DNA of 64,000 nt, taken from Fibrobacteria bacterium (lineage in GTDB: Bacteria; Fibrobacterota; Fibrobacteria; UBA11236; JADFYW01). This document shows positions 20,004-31,455 of the stretch, piece after piece; the stretch's first letter is position 1, and each line of letters starts with the position of its first letter. The stretch covers positions 96,001 to 160,000 of the forward strand of contig JBNKOC010000016.1 in assembly GCA_050294405.1 (NCBI GenBank), read 5' to 3'. Position numbers and translations under genes: made by a program. The notes beneath the pieces are model-generated. The model did not search any database, was not told the origin of the DNA, and worked only from the letters and a program-made list of their open reading frames with translations.

Positions 20004-21932
20004 TTAAGCCAAAGGCGACGTGCCTTTGGTAAAAACCTCTAATTTAAGTTTTTCAGCGATTTCGTCTAGTGGTAGGCTTCCAATCTCTCCAACTTTTCGC
20101 TTTCTTATGGAAGCTTTTCCAGATTCTACCTCTTTTTCGCCAATAATTAGCAAATAGGGCACCTTGTCTTTCTCCCCATCTCGTATTTTTTTGCCAATTT
20201 TCTCATTTCTGGTGTCTACTTCACAGATTAAGCCGGCTTCTTTTATCTTCCTTTCGGCTTCGGTGCAATATTCCTGAAACTTTTCGGAAATGGGCAAAAT
20301 GCGAACCTGACTTGGGTTTAACCACAAGGGCAAGTCTCCCGCAAAATTTTCAATGAGTATTCCAATAAAGCGTTCCAGGCTACCCAATATGGCTCGGTGG
20401 AGCATTACCGGGTGAAGGCGTTCGCCTTTTTCATCCATGTATACGGCACCCAATCTTCCGGGAAGTTGAAAGTCCACCTGAATAGTTCCGCATTGCCAGG
20501 AACGTCCCAGACAATCTTTTAATACAAATTCAAGTTTAGGTCCATAAAAGGCACCTTCTCCAGGGTTCATTTCGTATTCCAACTGGGATATCTCGCAGGC
20601 CTCTCGAAGCGCTTCTTCAGCCTTGTCCCAGGTGGCATCGTCTCCCAGTCTTTTTTCGGGCCGGTCGGAAAACTTCACCAAAATATCTTCAAAGCCAAAA
20701 TCTTTATATACTTCTTTTAGCAGCCTGCAGAACTCAGAAACTTCACTGGTGATTTGATCCTGAGTACAAAAAATATGGGCGTCGTCTTGCACAAAACCCC
20801 TTACCCGCATTAACCCATGCATGGTTCCAGCCAATTCGTTGCGATGGCATTTGCCAAACTCCGCTAGTCGAATGGGTAAATCCCGAAAAGATTTGGTGCC
20901 GGATTTAAAAACTTCAATATGGCAGGGGCAATTCATGGGTTTGATGACGTAATTTTTTTCTTCGGATGTGGTTTGAAACATCATTTCCGAAAATTTATCC
21001 AGATGTCCGGATTTTTGGAAAAGGGTGTCGCCCACCACTTCGGGAGTTTTAATTAAGTCATAGCCATTTTCCTCAATTTTTTGGGAAACATAGCGTTCGA
21101 TGGTACGGTACAAGCGCCATCCTTTAGGGTGCCAAAATACCATACCCGGAGAATCTCCATCCAGGTGGAAATAATCCAGGGCCTTTCCCAAAACCCGGTG
21201 GTCTCTTTTTTTGGCTTCTTCCAAAAAGTTTAAATAATTCTTTAACGCCTTTTTATCGTTAAAGGCTGTAGCGTATATGCGCTGTAACATGGGCCGTGAA
21301 GAATCGCCCCGCCAATAAGAACCCGCTACATTCAACAACTTAAAGTGTTGCAGTTGAGAAGTTCTGTTCACATGGGGGCCCCGGCATAAATCGCTAAAAT
21401 CTCCCTGGTGGTAAAAGGACACTGTGGGAGTGGTGAATTCTTCGATGAGCTCCACTTTATATGGGTCGGGGTCTACATTTTTGTAATACTCTATAGCCTC
21501 TTCTTTTTTCATTTCCTGGCGGTTAATGGAAATATTGGCCCGGCTGAGTTCCAGCATTTTGTTTTCAATGGCTTCAAAATCTTCGGGAGTAAAAACATGC
21601 TCCGAGTCGAAATCGTAATAAAACCCGTTTTCAATGGTAGGGCCGATGGTGAGTTTGGTTCCGGGAAAAAGACTTTTAACAGCCATAGCCATAAGGTGGG
21701 CACTGGAGTGGCGGATTATTTCGAGGCCCTCATCAGTATCGCCTGTGATAATGGTAAAATCGCCAGATTCCGTGAGTACTGCTGTTAAGTCCAACTGGTT
21801 GTCGTTTAATCTAACGGCTAGGGCTGATTTTTTTAAAGAGGAGGGAAAATCCTCCAAAACTTCCAGGGCAGTGGTGCCACTGGGAACAGTTCTGACGCTT
21901 TCGTCGGGCAATTTTAATTTTATATCAGGCAT
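20004..21932 (-). CDS. thrS: Threonyl-tRNA synthetase
   Basis: TGS domain, HSSAHL, DLCRGPH, RDHR, KPMNCPCH, GLMRVRGF. Confidence 0.99.
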   Translation of the reverse strand: MPDIKLKLPDESVRTVPSGTTALEVLEDFPSSLKKSALAVRLNDNQLDLTAVLTESGDFTIITGDTDEGLEIIRHSSAHLMAMAVKSLFPGTKLTIGPTIENGFYYDFDSEHVFTPEDFEAIENKMLELSRANISINRQEMKKEEAIEYYKNVDPDPYKVELIEEFTTPTVSFYHQGDFSDLCRGPHVNRTSQLQHFKLLNVAGSYWRGDSSRPMLQRIYATAFNDKKALKNYLNFLEEAKKRDHRVLGKALDYFHLDGDSPGMVFWHPKGWRLYRTIERYVSQKIEENGYDLIKTPEVVGDTLFQKSGHLDKFSEMMFQTTSEEKNYVIKPMNCPCHIEVFKSGTKSFRDLPIRLAEFGKCHRNELAGTMHGLMRVRGFVQDDAHIFCTQDQITSEVSEFCRLLKEVYKDFGFEDILVKFSDRPEKRLGDDATWDKAEEALREACEISQLEYEMNPGEGAFYGPKLEFVLKDCLGRSWQCGTIQVDFQLPGRLGAVYMDEKGERLHPVMLHRAILGSLERFIGILIENFAGDLPLWLNPSQVRILPISEKFQEYCTEAERKIKEAGLICEVDTRNEKIGKKIRDGEKDKVPYLLIIGEKEVESGKASIRKRKVGEIGSLPLDEIAEKLKLEVFTKGTSPLA

Positions 21933-21965
21933 GGATTGTTTATTCCTTTAAAGAGCCCATTTAAA

Positions 21966-22039
21966 TGGACGATACTGGAATCGAACCAGTGACCCCCACC
22001 ATGTCAAGGTGATACTCTAACCAGCTGAGCTAATCGTCC
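21966..22039 (-). tRNA. tRNA-Val(GAC)
   Basis: GGACGATTAGCTCAGCTGGTTAGAGTATCACCTTGACATGGTGGGGGTCACTGGTTCGATTCCAGTATCGTCCA: cloverleaf with anticodon GAC. CCA is not encoded. Confidence 0.97.
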
Positions 22040-22050
22040 AATTTGGCCGT

Positions 22051-22079
22051 AATGTAACTTAAAAAAAAACCTTTTTCAA
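22051..22079 (-). promoter_or_regulatory. Sigma70-type promoter for tRNA-Val/thrS operon
   Basis: TTGAAA-17 nt-TACATT followed by a GC-rich ACGGCC discriminator just upstream of the tRNA. Confidence 0.6.
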
Positions 22080-22181
22080 TAAGGCCTCCAGGGCTGTTTT
22101 TATACCTTCCCCGGCTAAAGAGTTTATTTTGATATCCGTTCTATAAATTTTTGATTATTGTACTATTTTGGATAAATAAAC

Positions 22182-22889
22182 ATGGAAAAGTGGACCCGGA
22201 ATATTTTCGTTACAGGCACCGGAACGGATGTGGGCAAAACAGGTTTAAGCCTGGCGCTATTGTGCCATTTTCTAGAAGAAAATGTGTGCTATTACAAGCC
22301 TGTGCAGTGTGGGGGCGATGTAAAGGATATGCATAACCCTGCGGATTATTCCATAATGAATGCCTGGTTGCCCCAGTTAAAGGGAAAAATTTTTAACAGT
22401 TATCATTTTAAAAACCCGGTGTCTCCCCATTTGGCAGCAGAAATGGAGGGCGTTCAAATTCAAGGGGCAAAAATCAAGGAAGATTATTTACACCTGTGCG
22501 AAAAATTTTCTTTAGTAATAGTAGAAGGCGCTGGTGGAGCCTTTGTTCCTTACAACCGCAAAGGCGATAACTTAACCCAGTTGCTTTTAGACAGTTCTTT
22601 GCAGTTTGTGCTGGCCTGTTCTCCTCAATTGGGAACCCTAAACCACTCTCTTTTGAGTATTAGCTGGCTTAAAAGTTTAGGAGCCCAGCTTGGCGGTTTT
22701 GTGACTTGCCAATTGGAAGCTGAGCTTCCTGGAATTTTTAGGGATAACATAAAAACCATTGAGCAATTGGGAGAAATAAAATATTTGGGCCATGTTCCCT
22801 ATATTCCTGACTTAGCCCTTGGACATTCTATGGATGGGGAAAGCCAAAAAAAATTGGCCGCCGGCCTTTTGCTCGGAAGCTTAAAATAG
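22182..22889 (+). CDS. bioD: Dethiobiotin synthase
   Basis: FVTGTGTDVGKT, YYKPVQCG, SPHLAA, VEGAGG, LGTLNH. Confidence 0.96.
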   Translation: MEKWTRNIFVTGTGTDVGKTGLSLALLCHFLEENVCYYKPVQCGGDVKDMHNPADYSIMNAWLPQLKGKIFNSYHFKNPVSPHLAAEMEGVQIQGAKIKEDYLHLCEKFSLVIVEGAGGAFVPYNRKGDNLTQLLLDSSLQFVLACSPQLGTLNHSLLSISWLKSLGAQLGGFVTCQLEAELPGIFRDNIKTIEQLGEIKYLGHVPYIPDLALGHSMDGESQKKLAAGLLLGSLK

Positions 22890-22894
22890 CAGCT

Positions 22895-24034
22895 ATGTTC
22901 CTTGATAAAATTTCAGATAGGCTGAAATCCCTGGATGAAAAAAGCCGTTTGCGAAAGATTCCCAGCCTAGAAAACTCGGGAATTCCAAAACACAAAGTTG
23001 ATTTTAGGAGCAATGACTATTTAAGGTTATCCCGTCATAAAAAAGTGGTGGAAGCTTATTGTCTGGCGGCAAGTAAAAAAGGCAGTGGCAGCGGTGCAGC
23101 CAGATTGCTGGGAGGAGACTCCATATACCATCGCAATTTGGAAAGCAAGCTGGCGCAAATCCACCGAAGTGAAGCATGTTTGCTTTTTAATACGGGATAT
23201 ATGGCCAATTTGGCTTTGATGAGATGTTTAGGAGAGTTGTCTCAAAATATTTTCATGGACCGACTTGCCCATGCCTCTCTTATTGATGGAGCGTATTATC
23301 ATTTGAAAAAATTATCAAGATATTCCCATAACGACCTTGAAGATTTAGAAAGACTTTTAAAGCAAAGCTCTAATACAAAAAACGCTCTGGTGGTCACTGA
23401 AACTCTGCACAGTATGAATGGGGATTTTGTTGATTTGGAAAAACTGTTTCAGCTTCAAAAGATTTATGGTTTTATGTTAATACTGGATGAAGCCCATTCT
23501 TTTGGCGGTTATCCGGAAATATCAAAGCTTATTTCCAAATATCAAAACGAGAATTTAGTAGTGGTGGGCACTTTGGGAAAGGCTTTGGGCTCAAACGGAG
23601 CTTTTGTGTGCGCCAATCAAAAAATCATTTCATATTTAATAAATCACGCCAGACCCTTTATTTATTCCACAGCGCTTCCCCCCGGCTCTGCCGCTGCAGC
23701 TTTGGAATCTATTGCAATAATAGAAGAATCACCCTCCTTAATTAAAGGCTTTTCTGATTTGCGAAATCAGGCCATATCATTATTTTTAAAGCGGAAAATT
23801 ATTTTGAAAGAAGTCACAAGTCATATTGTTCCAGTAATATTGGGAAAAGACTCCAGAGCGACCGAAGCTTCTGATTTTTTATCTGCAAAGGGTTTTTTGT
23901 GTTTAGCTGTTCGCCCGCCTACCGTCCCTGAAAATAGCTCCAGGTTAAGAGTTAGCTTGCATTCAAAAATGACGATGCAAGAGCTAGAAGATTTTTCAGA
24001 ATGTATTGGCGATTTTATGGAAGGCCACCCATAA
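22895..24034 (+). CDS. bioF: 8-amino-7-oxononanoate synthase
   Basis: SNDYL, GYMANL, HASLIDG, DEAHSFG, GTLGKALG, RPPTVP. Confidence 0.95.
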   Translation: MFLDKISDRLKSLDEKSRLRKIPSLENSGIPKHKVDFRSNDYLRLSRHKKVVEAYCLAASKKGSGSGAARLLGGDSIYHRNLESKLAQIHRSEACLLFNTGYMANLALMRCLGELSQNIFMDRLAHASLIDGAYYHLKKLSRYSHNDLEDLERLLKQSSNTKNALVVTETLHSMNGDFVDLEKLFQLQKIYGFMLILDEAHSFGGYPEISKLISKYQNENLVVVGTLGKALGSNGAFVCANQKIISYLINHARPFIYSTALPPGSAAAALESIAIIEESPSLIKGFSDLRNQAISLFLKRKIILKEVTSHIVPVILGKDSRATEASDFLSAKGFLCLAVRPPTVPENSSRLRVSLHSKMTMQELEDFSECIGDFMEGHP

Positions 24035-24036
24035 TC

Positions 24037-24723
24037 ATGTATAGTAATCAAATGCCGGAAGATATTGTTTGGATTGGAGGCTGGGCAAGCCCTCTGGATA
24101 GTTGGGCCATACTGTTCGATAAAATAAGCCCTAAATCAAAACATCATTTTTGGAATGGTATGGAGTTGGAACAGGTCAATGAAAATTTAAAAAGTTGGAA
24201 TAAAGCGGGGAGTACTGTGGTAGGTTGGTCGCTGGGTTCGCTTCTTATGCATAACTTTTTAATCCAACATGGGCCAGCGCCTGATGTCCAATACATTAGT
24301 TTGAATCCCATATTCAATTTTTGCCGCCGACCTATGGGTTGGCCTGAAAAAATTGTTATTCGTATGGAAGAGAAACTTTTGGTACGCCGGGAAGAGGTGA
24401 TTCGGGATTTTTTAAAGTCCATGATGAAGGATGTTAAAATTTCCAAAAGCCTGGAAATGGAGTGGCTGGATAAAACGACTCACTTTAATGCAGAACAATT
24501 AAAACGCTCTTTGGCATATTTGAGGAAATTTTGGGTGGAGTGGATTCATGTTCAGCGCGCCTGTCCGAGTTTAAAAATTGGGTATTGCGAAAGCGATAGT
24601 GTCTCTCCAAAGCTTTTGCCAGAAATTATTAAAGCTTTTCCCAATCATTATAAACTCAGCAGCCACTTGCCGTTTTTTAGTGATTCAAATACCATAATGG
24701 AAATGTTATCAAAAGCAACATGA
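24037..24723 (+). CDS. Alpha/beta hydrolase, probable pimeloyl-ACP methyl ester esterase (BioH/BioG-like)
   Basis: GGW oxyanion region, GWSLG nucleophile elbow and C-terminal SHLPF His. Lies between bioF and bioC. Confidence 0.7.
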   Translation: MYSNQMPEDIVWIGGWASPLDSWAILFDKISPKSKHHFWNGMELEQVNENLKSWNKAGSTVVGWSLGSLLMHNFLIQHGPAPDVQYISLNPIFNFCRRPMGWPEKIVIRMEEKLLVRREEVIRDFLKSMMKDVKISKSLEMEWLDKTTHFNAEQLKRSLAYLRKFWVEWIHVQRACPSLKIGYCESDSVSPKLLPEIIKAFPNHYKLSSHLPFFSDSNTIMEMLSKAT

Positions 24724-25514
24724 ATACTTTAATGGAAATGAATTACCGGCAAAAAAAGTTTCACAAAGCGGCCACAAGCTATCATATGGCTTCGGGCCTG
24801 CAAAAACAAATGGCCCAGAGCCTGGTGGAGTATTTGCCTTCGGAGTTTTATCCTAAATTTGTATTGGAATTGGGGTGCGGAACCGGGCACTTAACATCGG
24901 CTCTCATTAAAAAATTTCCGGAATCCCAATTTGAAATTTCCGATATTTCCACTGCCATGATAGGAGAATGTCAAAACCATTTGCCCGTTTTTGGTTTGAA
25001 GGGCTCCATTAATTGGAGGGTTTTGGATGCAGAGGGGCCATTTCCCCCCATGCAAGCGGATTTGGTTTGCAGCAACGCCCTGCTACAGTGGGTGGAAAAC
25101 TTAGATGCCCATTTTTCAAACTGCCATAAAGTTTTAAATAGCAATGGATATCTGCTTATGTCGGCTTTTTCTCCGGGCAATTTTCCGGAATTGCAAAATG
25201 TTCTTAAGATTACGAATTTACCCGTTAGCTTAAACAACCCCGGGACCACTTCTAAACAAATTCAGGAAGCCTTAGATGCCAATGGATTCAGAATGCTGGC
25301 TTTTAGGGAAAAAAACTTTCCTAAATATTACAGAAGCCCAATGGACTTTTTAAAGTCTCTCAAAAATATTGGTGCCAATGGAAATTTTGGTCCTGTTTTA
25401 ACTCCATCTCAGCTCAACTCAATTTTAGATTGCTACCAAAAGCACTATAGTTTTGGAGAAGGAGTTATGGCCAGTTGGAAGCCTTGGTTTTGTTTGGCTC
25501 AGAAATTGGATTAA
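24720..25514 (+). CDS. bioC: Malonyl-ACP O-methyltransferase
   Basis: F.KAA.SY...LQ..MA, LELGCGTG, SNALLQW, LK.IGA. Confidence 0.9.
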   Translation: MNTLMEMNYRQKKFHKAATSYHMASGLQKQMAQSLVEYLPSEFYPKFVLELGCGTGHLTSALIKKFPESQFEISDISTAMIGECQNHLPVFGLKGSINWRVLDAEGPFPPMQADLVCSNALLQWVENLDAHFSNCHKVLNSNGYLLMSAFSPGNFPELQNVLKITNLPVSLNNPGTTSKQIQEALDANGFRMLAFREKNFPKYYRSPMDFLKSLKNIGANGNFGPVLTPSQLNSILDCYQKHYSFGEGVMASWKPWFCLAQKLD

Positions 25515-25640
25515 TTTAGTTTTTTTAGCTTTTTGGTACTTTCTCTGTATAAAACCCTGTAAAGCTATATTTTTCAATAAGTTGTTGCGATAGTCTTAAA
25601 ATTAAATTTAATTAATCTCCATAACATCCTGGAGATTATA

Positions 25641-28600
25641 ATGAAGTCTTTTAAAGTTTTTGGTTTGCTTGGTCTTTTGATGCTTCAGAATGGGCAAGGA
25701 GCCGCTAGTTCCTACCAAAATGGGCTGGATTACTTGGCTGCAGGAGACAGTTTAAAAGCCCTATTGGAGCTTCAAAATTGCTTGAACGGACCAGACTGTG
25801 CGGATAGCTCCTATTATTGGCTCGCCATTTTGCATCGGGATGTGGAAGGGAACCAAAAAGCCTACTTTAATAGTCTTGAGCAGTTTGCCAATTCCGGAGA
25901 GGCAACCAGTCCTTTGCTCTGGGAATTAGCCCTTTATTTTGAAGGGGGCAATTTTCGCAAAGCGGAGAGTTATCTCAAGAAATTTCTCCATAACCCTGAA
26001 TATTCTGAAAAAGCGCTAAGCGCACTTATTCGATTTTACAAAAAAAATGCTATGACGGATTCCCTTAGCTTTTATCGAGATTTAGAATCAAAAAATAAAG
26101 CCATTAGTTACAGTTGGCAAAAAGAAGAAACGCTTCTGAAAAAAGCCATAAAAAATTTGGATCTGGAGCAAATGGAAAAAATAAGCCGGAATTTGTTAAA
26201 AGAACATCCAGCAAACAAAATTGCCCGTCATGCTCTTTCCATAGTGCTATTCGAAAGAGGGGAATGGGAAGCCTCTTATATGCATGGCCTAAAAAGCGAT
26301 GGAGTTTTGTCGGAAAACTATTCTCAGTACAGGCCTCGACTGTATGCTCTGTTTTTTAACGGCTTTTGGGAAACTCTTTCAAAAGAGGGAGAGGCTTTTC
26401 TTGAGGAAATGAAGGGTTACCCCAAAGAAAGGAATTTATATGCCCAGGCTTTAGTTCGTGCTAATATGGAAAACAAAGCCGTTCCCATTTTTACCAGCCT
26501 AATTAAATATCCTGGCTGGAAGTTTTCCGATGCTTATTCTGTGGCCGCTCTTTTGTTTAAGCATCAAAAATTTGAAGAAGCCAAGGGACTATACTTATCT
26601 GTTAAGGCGGAGGAATTGGATAAGGTTTCAAAAGAAGAGCTGTTTTACAATCTGGCCCGAATATATGAAAAGGAGGATTCCCTGATATTGGCTTCCAATC
26701 AAATGGAAAAAATATTGCCAAATTCTCTGAATGTGGAACACCATCAGTTTTATGCGGATGTTTGCCATAGGGCAGGGCTGATTTCTAAAGCCAAAGAATC
26801 TTTGGAATTTTTGCTGGCAATGGGATTGAGTTCAAAAAAAGTATTGGATGAATTGCATGTATTATATCGCAAGCAAGGAGACCGGGAAAACCTGACGCGA
26901 ATTTTACAGGAAAAGACCAGTCGTTATCCTTTGAATCATTCTGCTAAATTAGAGTTAGCCCAAAACTTTTTAACCTTGGGTAAATGGGAAGAAGCGAAAA
27001 ATTATTTTAAAGATGTATATGAAGCCAAAAATTCGCCGGAAGCCGGCCTTGAATATGCTTATCTTTTGTATCGGGATGGAGAATATGAAAAAGCTCTGGA
27101 AATTGCCGAATCGGTTTATAAGAACAGCAATGAAAACAGCAGGGTTATAAATCTTATTTTATCGCTTCCCGATGAAGCGTTAAGTATACAAACTAAAAAA
27201 TATTATACCCAGGCAAAGTTACGCTCTGAGCCCAACAATCTTTTTTTGCGAAAGCGATATGTGCTTCTGTTGGAAAAACTAGACCTGACAAATACGGAAG
27301 AATATTTATTGGAACTTAAGCGAATTTTCCGTCAGGCTCCTTCAGATACATATGTATTACGGAAAATTGTGGATGAACTCCGCGCCAGAAACCTTACAAA
27401 GGAATTATCCGTTTATTTAGAGACCTTGGCGGTATTGGATGATGAATACCGCAATTTAACAGAGCTTTCTGAATTTTATTTTCACAAACAGGATTGGGAC
27501 AGGTTCATAGAAGTAGGGAAGAGGGCGTATGCTAAAGACCCCAACCAAAAACTAGCCCGGCAATTTGCCCATGGCTTGGTGCAAAGTGGCCACCTGGCAA
27601 AAGCGGTTGAATTTTTGGGAACACATTTAAGCGCATTCCCCGTAGATTATACATCTCATTTGATGTTGGCGGAATTGTTGGAGGAAAAGGATTTGGCCTT
27701 ATCCCTGCACCATGCTAAAACAGCTTACAACCTATATCCCGATAAGCATTCCTCCTATGTATATTCCAAAATCAAATTAAAAAATGGCTGGGTAGCGGAT
27801 GAGGGTAACAATAGCTTGCCTTATGCAGGTTATGAATATTTTCCAGACTCTATTGAGATGTTACGTGGGTTGGAAAAATTTAACCAAAAAAATTATTCAG
27901 AAGCCCTTTCTCACTTTAGCAAATCCGGTGAAAAATTTCCCGAGGAAGCCCGGCAATTCGGTTGGAAATCCCAATACGCCCTCAAGGATTGGGAGAATAT
28001 GTTTCAAAAATGTTTTGATGACAATGAGCTTATTAAATTTCCGGAATTGATAAATTATTGCGGAGAGGCGTCTTGGCAATTGGGACGGGTTGAACAATTG
28101 GACAGGCTGGCGGAAAAAAAATACCCCACAGAAACAGCCACTTTAAAAATTTTTGAGGGTCTTGCCGCCTTTGCCAAAGGCAGGTATTCCAAGGCAGAGG
28201 CTCTGTTAGCTAATGCCAACTCCGCCTCTCCCATGTACCCGGAAATTGCATGGGCTTATGGCAAAAGCCTTTTCCATACAGACAAACATTGGAAGGCGGA
28301 TAGTTATTGGAAAGAGGTGGGAAATAGCATTCCCGTAAGAGATTCCCTCTATTTGATTTGGGGGATAAGCAATTTAAAAACAGGAAAATTCGAGGAGGCC
28401 ACTCAGATTTTTGAAACTGGAATTAAAAAATACCCTCGCAAACTTCCAATTCTAGAACAACTGGCTTATGTTTATGAGAAAACAGGGAAAAACAAAAAAG
28501 CTTTAATTCAAAGACAAAATATTTTCCGCTATTTTCCCTTGAATGAATCTAATAACATTGAGTTGGGTAAATTATGGTTGAAATTAAATGAACCAACCAA

Positions 28601-28847
28601 AGCGCTGCAATTCTTATCTCCACTGGATTTAAACCAAAACACAGAAGGCTTACTGGTTAAGGGCCGCAGCCATTTGCAAATGGGAAACGCGGATGAAGCC
28701 ATTAGCTGTGCTCAGCAAATTCTAAAATTGGATAAGAATTTTAAGGGGGCTTATTGGCTATTGTCCCAAGCCAATAAACAAAGCGGAAATCTGGAAGCCA
28801 GCCAAGAGTATTTTAGCAAATACTCCCAGCTTGCCGGAAAAGACTAG
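25641..28847 (+). CDS. Large exported tetratricopeptide-repeat protein
   Basis: Signal peptide, then helical TPR-like repeats over about 1000 aa. GGAG SD. Confidence 0.8.
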   Translation: MKSFKVFGLLGLLMLQNGQGAASSYQNGLDYLAAGDSLKALLELQNCLNGPDCADSSYYWLAILHRDVEGNQKAYFNSLEQFANSGEATSPLLWELALYFEGGNFRKAESYLKKFLHNPEYSEKALSALIRFYKKNAMTDSLSFYRDLESKNKAISYSWQKEETLLKKAIKNLDLEQMEKISRNLLKEHPANKIARHALSIVLFERGEWEASYMHGLKSDGVLSENYSQYRPRLYALFFNGFWETLSKEGEAFLEEMKGYPKERNLYAQALVRANMENKAVPIFTSLIKYPGWKFSDAYSVAALLFKHQKFEEAKGLYLSVKAEELDKVSKEELFYNLARIYEKEDSLILASNQMEKILPNSLNVEHHQFYADVCHRAGLISKAKESLEFLLAMGLSSKKVLDELHVLYRKQGDRENLTRILQEKTSRYPLNHSAKLELAQNFLTLGKWEEAKNYFKDVYEAKNSPEAGLEYAYLLYRDGEYEKALEIAESVYKNSNENSRVINLILSLPDEALSIQTKKYYTQAKLRSEPNNLFLRKRYVLLLEKLDLTNTEEYLLELKRIFRQAPSDTYVLRKIVDELRARNLTKELSVYLETLAVLDDEYRNLTELSEFYFHKQDWDRFIEVGKRAYAKDPNQKLARQFAHGLVQSGHLAKAVEFLGTHLSAFPVDYTSHLMLAELLEEKDLALSLHHAKTAYNLYPDKHSSYVYSKIKLKNGWVADEGNNSLPYAGYEYFPDSIEMLRGLEKFNQKNYSEALSHFSKSGEKFPEEARQFGWKSQYALKDWENMFQKCFDDNELIKFPELINYCGEASWQLGRVEQLDRLAEKKYPTETATLKIFEGLAAFAKGRYSKAEALLANANSASPMYPEIAWAYGKSLFHTDKHWKADSYWKEVGNSIPVRDSLYLIWGISNLKTGKFEEATQIFETGIKKYPRKLPILEQLAYVYEKTGKNKKALIQRQNIFRYFPLNESNNIELGKLWLKLNEPTKALQFLSPLDLNQNTEGLLVKGRSHLQMGNADEAISCAQQILKLDKNFKGAYWLLSQANKQSGNLEASQEYFSKYSQLAGKD

Positions 28848-29788
28848 CCTTCCAGAGAGGGCAATATTTTCTCAAAGTATTCGATAGTTTTTTTGAGCCC
28901 CTCTTCAAGCTGGGTTTTGGGCTCCCAACCTGTTATGGATTTTATTTTTGAAATATCAGGTTGACGCTGTTTAGGGTCGTCGCTGGGCAGGGCCAAAGAT
29001 ATGATTTTACTTTTGCTGTTGGTAAGCTCAATAACCTTCTCGGCTAATTGCCTAATGGTAAATTCGTTGGGGTTACCGATGTTTACAGGGCCGGTTTCAG
29101 AGGGGTTATTCATAAAGCCCACAATTCCTTCAAGAAGGTCTTCGTAATAACAAAAACTGCGGGTTTGGTTGCCGTCTCCGTAAACTGTAATGTCTTCACC
29201 CTTTAGAGCCTGAATTATAAAATTTGAAACCACTCTTCCGTCGGCGTGGTGGAGTCTGGGGCCATAAGTATTAAAGATTCTCACAACCCGAATATCCACC
29301 TGATTTTTTCGATTGTAGTCAAAACAAAGTGTTTCGGCCAGGCGTTTGCCCTCATCATAACAAGAGCGAATGCCAATAGGGTTAACATGGCCCCAGTAGT
29401 CCTCAGTTTGGGGGTGCACATTGGGATCTCCATAGACCTCGCTGGTGGAGGCTTGTAGCAGCTTGGCGTGTGTGCGTTTGGCAAGGCCCAACATGTTAAT
29501 AGTTCCCATTACATTGGTTTTTACGGTTTTCACCGGATTGTATTGGTAATGAATAGGGGAGGCCGGGCAGGCCATATTATAAACTTCATCCACTTCTACC
29601 AGAATGGGTTCGGTCACATCGTGGCGGATGAGTTCGAATTTGGGATTGTCTAAAAGGTGCACAATATTGTTTTTGGAACCCGTAAAAAAGTTATCGAGAC
29701 AAATAACCTCATGCCCTTCTTTTAAAAGCTTATCGCATAAATGAGAGCCTAGAAATCCAGCGCCTCCGGTTACCAAAATTTTTTTCAT
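28844..29788 (-). CDS. UDP-glucuronic acid decarboxylase (UDP-xylose synthase), SDR family
   Basis: [40 protein letters not shown]. Confidence 0.95.
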   Translation of the reverse strand: MKKILVTGGAGFLGSHLCDKLLKEGHEVICLDNFFTGSKNNIVHLLDNPKFELIRHDVTEPILVEVDEVYNMACPASPIHYQYNPVKTVKTNVMGTINMLGLAKRTHAKLLQASTSEVYGDPNVHPQTEDYWGHVNPIGIRSCYDEGKRLAETLCFDYNRKNQVDIRVVRIFNTYGPRLHHADGRVVSNFIIQALKGEDITVYGDGNQTRSFCYYEDLLEGIVGFMNNPSETGPVNIGNPNEFTIRQLAEKVIELTNSKSKIISLALPSDDPKQRQPDISKIKSITGWEPKTQLEEGLKKTIEYFEKILPSLEG

Positions 29789-29805
29789 TTATAAAATCCC
29801 TATTT

Positions 29806-30570
29806 TTAAGAGTTTAAAGAAATAAAATGGTTTAACCCTATTAAGGTTAAATCGGGAATCACTTTGTGAATGGGGCCGCCTTCGTACTTAAATAAGTTGG
29901 CCAAACCTCCCGTAGCGATTATTTGCGCTCTATCCATTTTTTGTTCTTTTAATATTTTTTCAACTATAAATTTTATCTGTCCCAAAGAACCGAAAAGAAT
30001 TCCATTTCTTAAGGCATCGTCTGTATTTTTTCCCACAACAGTGGTATTCCAATAAAGTTCCACATCGGCAAGGCGGCTTGCCTTATGGGTGAGGCTCATA
30101 AGCGATGTTTGAATTCCGGGACATATAACTCCGCCCCAGTAAGTGTTTTGGCTAAATACATCAAAAGTAGTTGCTGTTCCAAAATCAACAATTACAGCTT
30201 CGTTCAATTTTAAGGCCTGGGCAGCTAAAACATTACAAAGCCGGTCGGCCCCAATTTGCTCAGGATAATCATAAGCAATATTAAAGGTCTTCACTGTTTT
30301 GTTGTTTACCACATAGGGTTTTTGATGGGTTACTTTTTCCAGAGCATTGTTCCAGGGGTAATTAATAGAGGGAACAACTGAGCCAAGGGCCACGGCTTTA
30401 AATTGGGGCATTTGTCGCAGGTCTTGACGAAAAAGGCCAGTTAAATGAAGGATGATTTCATCGGTGGTGGCGTTTTTGATGGTATTGATGCGCCATCGGT
30501 GTACCAACTCTCCGTTTTTAAATACCCCCATAACAATATTGGTATTTCCTATGTCTACAACCAGATGCAT
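29806..30570 (-). CDS. coaX: Type III pantothenate kinase
   Basis: VDIGNTN, IGADR, VDFGTATT, IATGG. Confidence 0.95.
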   Translation of the reverse strand: MHLVVDIGNTNIVMGVFKNGELVHRWRINTIKNATTDEIILHLTGLFRQDLRQMPQFKAVALGSVVPSINYPWNNALEKVTHQKPYVVNNKTVKTFNIAYDYPEQIGADRLCNVLAAQALKLNEAVIVDFGTATTFDVFSQNTYWGGVICPGIQTSLMSLTHKASRLADVELYWNTTVVGKNTDDALRNGILFGSLGQIKFIVEKILKEQKMDRAQIIATGGLANLFKYEGGPIHKVIPDLTLIGLNHFISLNS

Positions 30571-30588
30571 AATTTTCTTTATATGTTG

Positions 30589-31455
30589 TTAGTCCCTAAA
30601 TTTCAAACTAAAGTCAAATGCTTTAACAGAGTGAGTTACCGCCCCCACACTAATATAATCTAAATCCAGATGCCCCATGGTTTTAATTCTGTTGAGGCTC
30701 ATATTTCCACTAGCTTCAATTTTAACGGGCCCAAAATTTTCTCTAATGTATTGAATGCAAATTTCGAGCTGCTGGTTATCCATGTTATCCAGCATTATCC
30801 AATTTACTTCGCTGCCCTTAAGGGATTTGAGCTCCTCTAGAGTTTCCACTTCGCATTCAATAGTATACTTATTGCCATAGCTTTCAAAAGCTTTGTCCAC
30901 TGCCTGACGGGCTCCCCCAGCAGCCTTATTGTGGTTGTCTTTTATCAAAATATGATCGTAAAGCCCTTGTCGGTGGTTTAGCCCACCTCCCACCAGCACG
31001 GCATATTTTTGCAGCTTTCTGTAACCGGGCAATGTTTTACGGGTATCCAGTATTTTGGTTTTTGAATTGTAAATTGCCGATTGGAGAATATGGACAGAGC
31101 TGGCCACTCCGGAAAGAAATTGCATAAAATTTAAAATAATCCGCTCGCAGGAAAGTATATGTTGGGTGTTACCCCGAAATTCACATATCAATTCTTTTTC
31201 TTCTATAAGCTGCCCTTCTTTGGCAAACCACTCCACTTCTACTGTGGCCTTATAGTAATCCAATACATCCTTTACCACTGGCGTTCCGCATAAAACTCCG
31301 CTATCTTTTGAGATAAGCTGGGCTTTGCTTTGAGAGTTCTTGGATATGGTGGCTAAGGAAGTCACATCTCCCGGCCCTAAATCTTCTTCAAAGGCTAAGG
31401 GCAGGAGTTCTCCTAATTGAGCATGGGGAAAGCTGGCTAAAATTTCATTTTCCAT
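30589..31455 (-). CDS. nadC: Quinolinate phosphoribosyltransferase
   Basis: EDL..GDVTS, DTRKTLPG, HR.GLYD, IKDNH, MLDNM, EASG, ISVGA.THS. Confidence 0.96.
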   Translation of the reverse strand: MENEILASFPHAQLGELLPLAFEEDLGPGDVTSLATISKNSQSKAQLISKDSGVLCGTPVVKDVLDYYKATVEVEWFAKEGQLIEEKELICEFRGNTQHILSCERIILNFMQFLSGVASSVHILQSAIYNSKTKILDTRKTLPGYRKLQKYAVLVGGGLNHRQGLYDHILIKDNHNKAAGGARQAVDKAFESYGNKYTIECEVETLEELKSLKGSEVNWIMLDNMDNQQLEICIQYIRENFGPVKIEASGNMSLNRIKTMGHLDLDYISVGAVTHSVKAFDFSLKFRD

